In this document: positions 28,249-32,000 of the stretch, piece by piece
How positions within the stretch are numbered: the stretch's first letter is position 1
Layout: every line of letters starts with the position of its first letter
Assembly (NCBI GenBank): GCA_019056805.1
Contig: DXJG01000009.1
Coordinates: forward strand, 93,710 to 125,709
Reading direction: 5' to 3'
Source of the DNA: Candidatus Baldrarchaeota archaeon
GTDB taxonomy: Archaea > Asgardarchaeota > Baldrarchaeia > Baldrarchaeales > DXJG01
Length of the DNA stretch: 32,000 nucleotides
Position numbers and translations under genes: made by a program
The notes under the pieces: generated by a model
Seen by the model: only the letters and a program-made list of their open reading frames with translations
Databases searched by the model: none
Told to the model about the DNA's origin: nothing

Positions 28249-30069
28249 ATGTTGAAACCTGTCTCAATGAAGAAGATTCGTGCAATTATACACGAAAAAT
28301 ATATCGATGACACCATTAGAACGTTAGGAGAACTCGGGGCTGTACACTTAATTGATATGAAAGACAAATTGGAGAAACTTGGGGATAAGATCAAACCTAT
28401 TGAACCGAGTGAACAATACTACAGGATTACAAGCTTATTTTCAAGAATTGAGCGTTTAATAAACGATTTACAAATAAGGAAGGTACCCACCACTAAAAAG
28501 ATCAGCGTACCAAAAGTTTTGTCAGATAGTTTTCTAGACGACTTAGAGAACGAAGTAAAGCAAATCGAAGAACAATATACCAAGATCGTCCGAGAGATCG
28601 AATCATTGAAAGAAAAAGGAAAAACAACAAAAGCAGAAAGCAAAATAAAAGATTTAAGAGAGCAACTTGACAAACTTGCAAGAGAAAATGCATTAAAACT
28701 GCTGGCTTATCACGAAGCCCTTGAAATAGAAAAAGAAGTAGAAGAAAAAAAGACAATGATGGGAAAAACAGAGAAAACATACATTTTTGAAGGATGGGTT
28801 CCCGCCGAAGAAGTGGAAAGAGTTACAAAGAGTCTATTAGAAGTTTCAGAGGGCACCACAATCATTGAAACCATGGGTAATGAAAATCATGAAGAGGAAG
28901 AAGAAAAACCACCAACCCTACTAAAAAACCCTAAAACCCTAGAATCATATGAACGTTTAACAAAAAGCTTCGGAATTCCATCCTACGGTGAGATAGATCC
29001 CACACTTTTCATGGCAATATCATTTCCAATATTCTTTGGTCTCATGTTCGGCGACATAGGACACGGGCTCCTCCTTCTAATAGTATCAATTCTCGGTCTT
29101 ATTGGAAAACGAAAAAACCTAGATCTGGGAGAAATAGGCAATTATGTTATTAACGGAGCACCTCTCCTTTTCTTCTGCAGTATATTTTCCATTTTCTTCG
29201 GATTTCTATACGGTGAATTCTTTGGGTTCTCAATATACCATGAAAAATGGTACATTGCAATCGCGCCGCTACTAATGCCCTTCAGAGATCTCTTAGTAAA
29301 AATATTCTATATATTCGATTTTGATGCAGGAGTAAAAATGTTCACCGACCCAACCTACCATGAATACATCCACCCACCACCCGAAGGTCCAGTTTGGTTC
29401 AGCCCCATGCATCATCCATGGGTCCTTTTCATAATCTCCATCATAATAGGCGCAGTACACCTAAGTTTAGGACTATTTCTAGACATCGTGAATAAATTCA
29501 GACACAAGGAGTACGTTGAAGCCATCTTAGGTCCCGGAGTATGGTTATGGTTCTACATAGGCTTTATATGGATAATTTTCAATAAGGGCATAGTTTTCAT
29601 GAACTGGTTTAAAGAATTAAGCTTTTCAGAACCAGCAAAGCTTGCAACAAACCCAGTTTTCTTCATGTTAATTTTGCCACTTATTATAATGTTTATTGGT
29701 CGAGTAGTAACTGAGGGTCCCATTGAAGGAGGTATCGGTGTTCTAGAGAGCTTAATCGCATCCGTTTCTAACACTATTTCCTATGCTCGTATATTAGCCT
29801 TAAACATGGCTCACGAAGGTTTCGGTAAAACATTCATAACTCTAGGTGGAGTTAATCCGGAGCATGGACTTGCTGCCATCACTCTAAGCCCAATGTTTAT
29901 AATGTCTTTCCTAGTAGGAACACTGTTCATAATGATCATGGAGGGACTTTTATCCTTCATACACACACTTAGGTTACACTGGGTCGAGTGGTTCCTAAAA
30001 TTCTACGAAGGCGAGGGCATAGAATTTCAACCGTTCACAATAAAAAGATATTACACAACTACAAGTTAA
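28249..30069 (+). CDS. atpI: A/V-type ATP synthase membrane subunit I (subunit a)
   Basis: GWVP, PPTLLKNP, PSYGEIDPT, FFGLMFGDIGHG, essential Arg in SYARILAL, and LRLHWVEWF-KFY. Confidence 0.96.
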   Translation: MLKPVSMKKIRAIIHEKYIDDTIRTLGELGAVHLIDMKDKLEKLGDKIKPIEPSEQYYRITSLFSRIERLINDLQIRKVPTTKKISVPKVLSDSFLDDLENEVKQIEEQYTKIVREIESLKEKGKTTKAESKIKDLREQLDKLARENALKLLAYHEALEIEKEVEEKKTMMGKTEKTYIFEGWVPAEEVERVTKSLLEVSEGTTIIETMGNENHEEEEEKPPTLLKNPKTLESYERLTKSFGIPSYGEIDPTLFMAISFPIFFGLMFGDIGHGLLLLIVSILGLIGKRKNLDLGEIGNYVINGAPLLFFCSIFSIFFGFLYGEFFGFSIYHEKWYIAIAPLLMPFRDLLVKIFYIFDFDAGVKMFTDPTYHEYIHPPPEGPVWFSPMHHPWVLFIISIIIGAVHLSLGLFLDIVNKFRHKEYVEAILGPGVWLWFYIGFIWIIFNKGIVFMNWFKELSFSEPAKLATNPVFFMLILPLIIMFIGRVVTEGPIEGGIGVLESLIASVSNTISYARILALNMAHEGFGKTFITLGGVNPEHGLAAITLSPMFIMSFLVGTLFIMIMEGLLSFIHTLRLHWVEWFLKFYEGEGIEFQPFTIKRYYTTTS

Positions 30070-30150
30070 ATTCTCTTTTTATTATGCTAAAAATTCTTCA
30101 ACAAAAAATAACATATTTTGCTAAGATATATTCTTTACATTAATTAGAAC

Positions 30151-30603
30151 CTATACCTCTAGCACATGTTTTAATTCTTGTAGTATAATACATGTTTCAA
30201 TACCTAGAACTCCTGATATTTCCGCTAACTTCTCTCTTATGAAACTATTTAATGTTTCAACATTTGGAACCCTGACTATTAATGCTACACCACACTGTCC
30301 AGCAAGATAATAGGCTTGTTTTACTTCATCAAATTTAACTACTTCTCTAGCTACTGTGTCCAATTTTTCCGGTGACGTAGTAATCCTAACAAATGCATAA
30401 ATATCGTGTCCACTTCTTGAAGCGCTTGTTATAATTGTGAACTTTTTAATAATACCCGCATCGATAAGTTTTTTAACTCTCCTTCTAATAGTTGATTCCG
30501 TTTTTCCAAGCTTCTCTGCAATTTCTCGGAAGGATAATCTTGAATTCTCCCTTAAAAGTTCTATGATTTTTTCATCGATGACGTCAAGCGTATTTTTATA
30601 CAT
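30151..30603 (-). CDS. Lrp/AsnC family transcriptional regulator
   Basis: LDVIDEKIIELLRENSRLSFREIAEKLG-TESTIRRRVKKL...GII HTH plus C-terminal RAM domain; GAGGAG SD. Confidence 0.95.
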   Translation of the reverse strand: MYKNTLDVIDEKIIELLRENSRLSFREIAEKLGKTESTIRRRVKKLIDAGIIKKFTIITSASRSGHDIYAFVRITTSPEKLDTVAREVVKFDEVKQAYYLAGQCGVALIVRVPNVETLNSFIREKLAEISGVLGIETCIILQELKHVLEV

Positions 30604-30687
30604 TATTATTCTCCTCTTTAACCTGGAGGTGTATATGTTCTTCTTGCCTAACTACGTATATTTTATATTTTCATTTTTTATTTTTTG

Positions 30688-30871
30688 CGGCATCTAATGC
30701 GCAAAATAAGGCGATAAAATACTAACTTTTTTAATGTTTTTCGTCATGTAGCTTGCATATAATCGGTAATCGATTGTTTGCATATGCTGAATTACGTAAC
30801 TTTAAATGATTTCACCGCCTAATTACGGCAATTTTTACATAGTAAATATAGGTACCCAGCAAATTTTGCTG
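30688..30871. promoter_or_regulatory. Three Lrp-type 15-bp boxes NN-GCA-N5-TGC-NN (30688-30702, 30826-30840, 30857-30871)
   Basis: CAGCAAATTTTGCTG is a perfect palindrome around its central base; CGGCAATTTTTACAT lies exactly 31 bp upstream; CGGCATCTAATGCGC lies near the lrp promoter. Confidence 0.55.
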
Positions 30872-30962
30872 AAATTGATAATACAAATGCTTATTTTAAT
30901 TTATAATCGTAAAATTTATTAACAAATCTTTTGATAATACCACAGAAAAAGGAGGTAGTCTC

Positions 30963-31403
30963 ATGTTTGAATTATTCTTTGAATATTTGGGTATAACCTT
31001 GTCAATCGGTTTAGCGGCAATAGGAGCAGGGCTAGCAATCTCAAGTGTCGGTAGTTCACTCAGTGGCGCAATAACAGAGAAACCTGAAACTTTCGCAAAA
31101 CTCTTAATTCCGGTGGTCTTAGGAGAAGCTATCGCTATCTATGGTATGTTAGTGTCCTTTATAATCTTAAGCAGTGGAGGAAATCCTGACTGGAGCTTTG
31201 CCTTCAAAGCTTTATGCGCAGGAGCAATTACAGGACTAACATGCCTAGGTGCTGGTATAGGAATAGCTTCAACTGGAAGTGCCATGGCTGGTGCAGTGGC
31301 AGAGGAACCCATGACCTTCAGCAAATCTATGATCACTGTTGTTCTAGCAGAGGCTCTTGCAATATACGGGCTCCTAATAGCATTCATGCTGCTAATACAA
31401 TAA
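30963..31403 (+). CDS. atpK: A/V-type ATP synthase proteolipid subunit K/c (double hairpin, 4 TM)
   Basis: Two repeats ending in IPVVLGEAIAIYG and ITVVLAEALAIYG, with Gly-rich helices; GGAGGT SD. Confidence 0.95.
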   Translation: MFELFFEYLGITLSIGLAAIGAGLAISSVGSSLSGAITEKPETFAKLLIPVVLGEAIAIYGMLVSFIILSSGGNPDWSFAFKALCAGAITGLTCLGAGIGIASTGSAMAGAVAEEPMTFSKSMITVVLAEALAIYGLLIAFMLLIQ

Positions 31404-31435
31404 ATTAAAATTTTTAAGTACTACGAGGGAGGATA

Positions 31436-31663
31436 ATGCGGAGACGTTCAGTAGGGAACAAGAAGGATACCCTAAAAGCATTTAAGGTACTTGGTCTCAG
31501 CACCGAACTTCCTATTATGACCTTCGTCTTAGCTTATATTGGGTATATGGCATTTGGGTGGCAAGCCATTTTACCATTTGGTTTACTAGGGTACTTTCTA
31601 GGAATTATCTCAATGTTTGCAATGATAAGACAGCTAGAAAAAGTTGAAAAGAAGAAATATTAA
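31436..31663 (+). CDS. Small 2-TM protein, AtpZ/ATPase gene-1-like
   Basis: Basic N-terminus, LSTELPIMTFVLAYIGY hairpin, GLLGYFLGII and charged tail; GGAGG SD; located between two proteolipid genes. Confidence 0.5.
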   Translation: MRRRSVGNKKDTLKAFKVLGLSTELPIMTFVLAYIGYMAFGWQAILPFGLLGYFLGIISMFAMIRQLEKVEKKKY

Positions 31664-31906
31664 GTTAAAATATTGTAAAGAATTTTTTCTTCTAACGTTG
31701 GTAAAGTCCTAACTTTAAATAAGGCTACAACATTAAGTAGAAAACATTTCCTGATTTTTACCTTAATTTTTAGTAATTTTACATTCATATCGGAAAGCTT
31801 ATATAGAAGAGCCGAAATTATCTACTGCGAACCTCAAACACCTAAAATTAAGCGTGGAAATAAAAATATTATGCAATTAAACTCTGCATATTTGGAGGTT
31901 AAGTAA

Positions 31907-32000
31907 ATGGAAATGACCGCAACTGCTGTAGCCATATTAGGAGCTTCATTTTCCATTGGTTTTAGTGCTTTGGGCGCGGGTTTGGGAGTAGGATATTCGG
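31907..32000 (+). CDS. Second proteolipid c/K subunit paralogue (5-prime part only, truncated by the window end)
   Basis: GGAGG SD at 31894-31898 then MEMTATAVAILGASFSIGFSALGAGLGVGYS, homologous to helix 1 of 30963..31403 (LGITLSIGLAAIGAGLAISSVG) and to V-type c subunits (GAS...FSALGA..G). Not in the ORF track. Confidence 0.8.
   Translation, partial: MEMTATAVAILGASFSIGFSALGAGLGVGYS

Noticed and set aside
31870-31890. TATGCA-N9-TGCATA inverted repeat as another Lrp box
   Set aside because: The spacing differs from the GCA-N5-TGC boxes and a 6-bp arm is weak evidence in AT-rich DNA.

Overview
AT-rich archaeal chromosomal segment. A near-eukaryotic actin (lokiactin-like), archaeal housekeeping genes (ABCE1/Rli, TrmI, TrmY, PyrF, A/V-type ATP synthase subunits) and a tetraether lipid synthase point to an Asgard archaeon, possibly thermophilic (inference). 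About 30 CDSs are supported. Features absent from the ORF track: (i) a minus-strand tRNA-Lys(UUU) with three introns (18/19, 30/31, 37/38), divergent from a Trm9-like methyltransferase; (ii) one textbook and two variant C/D-box sRNAs, each with its own TATA box; (iii) a 511-aa LAGLIDADG intein inserted inside the CxxxCxxC motif of an AmmeMemoRadiSam radical SAM enzyme; (iv) the start of a second proteolipid c/K subunit at the window edge; (v) Lrp-type operator boxes inside the ATP synthase cluster. The best candidates for undescribed systems are an orphan wHTH-CARF regulator (Csa3 domains in reversed order, no cas genes nearby) divergent from the actin gene across an operator-rich spacer, a TrmY gene overlapping a degenerate TrmY paralogue, and an ATP synthase locus with two different c subunits plus an AtpZ-like gene. 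No database searches were run; all family calls come from recognised motifs.
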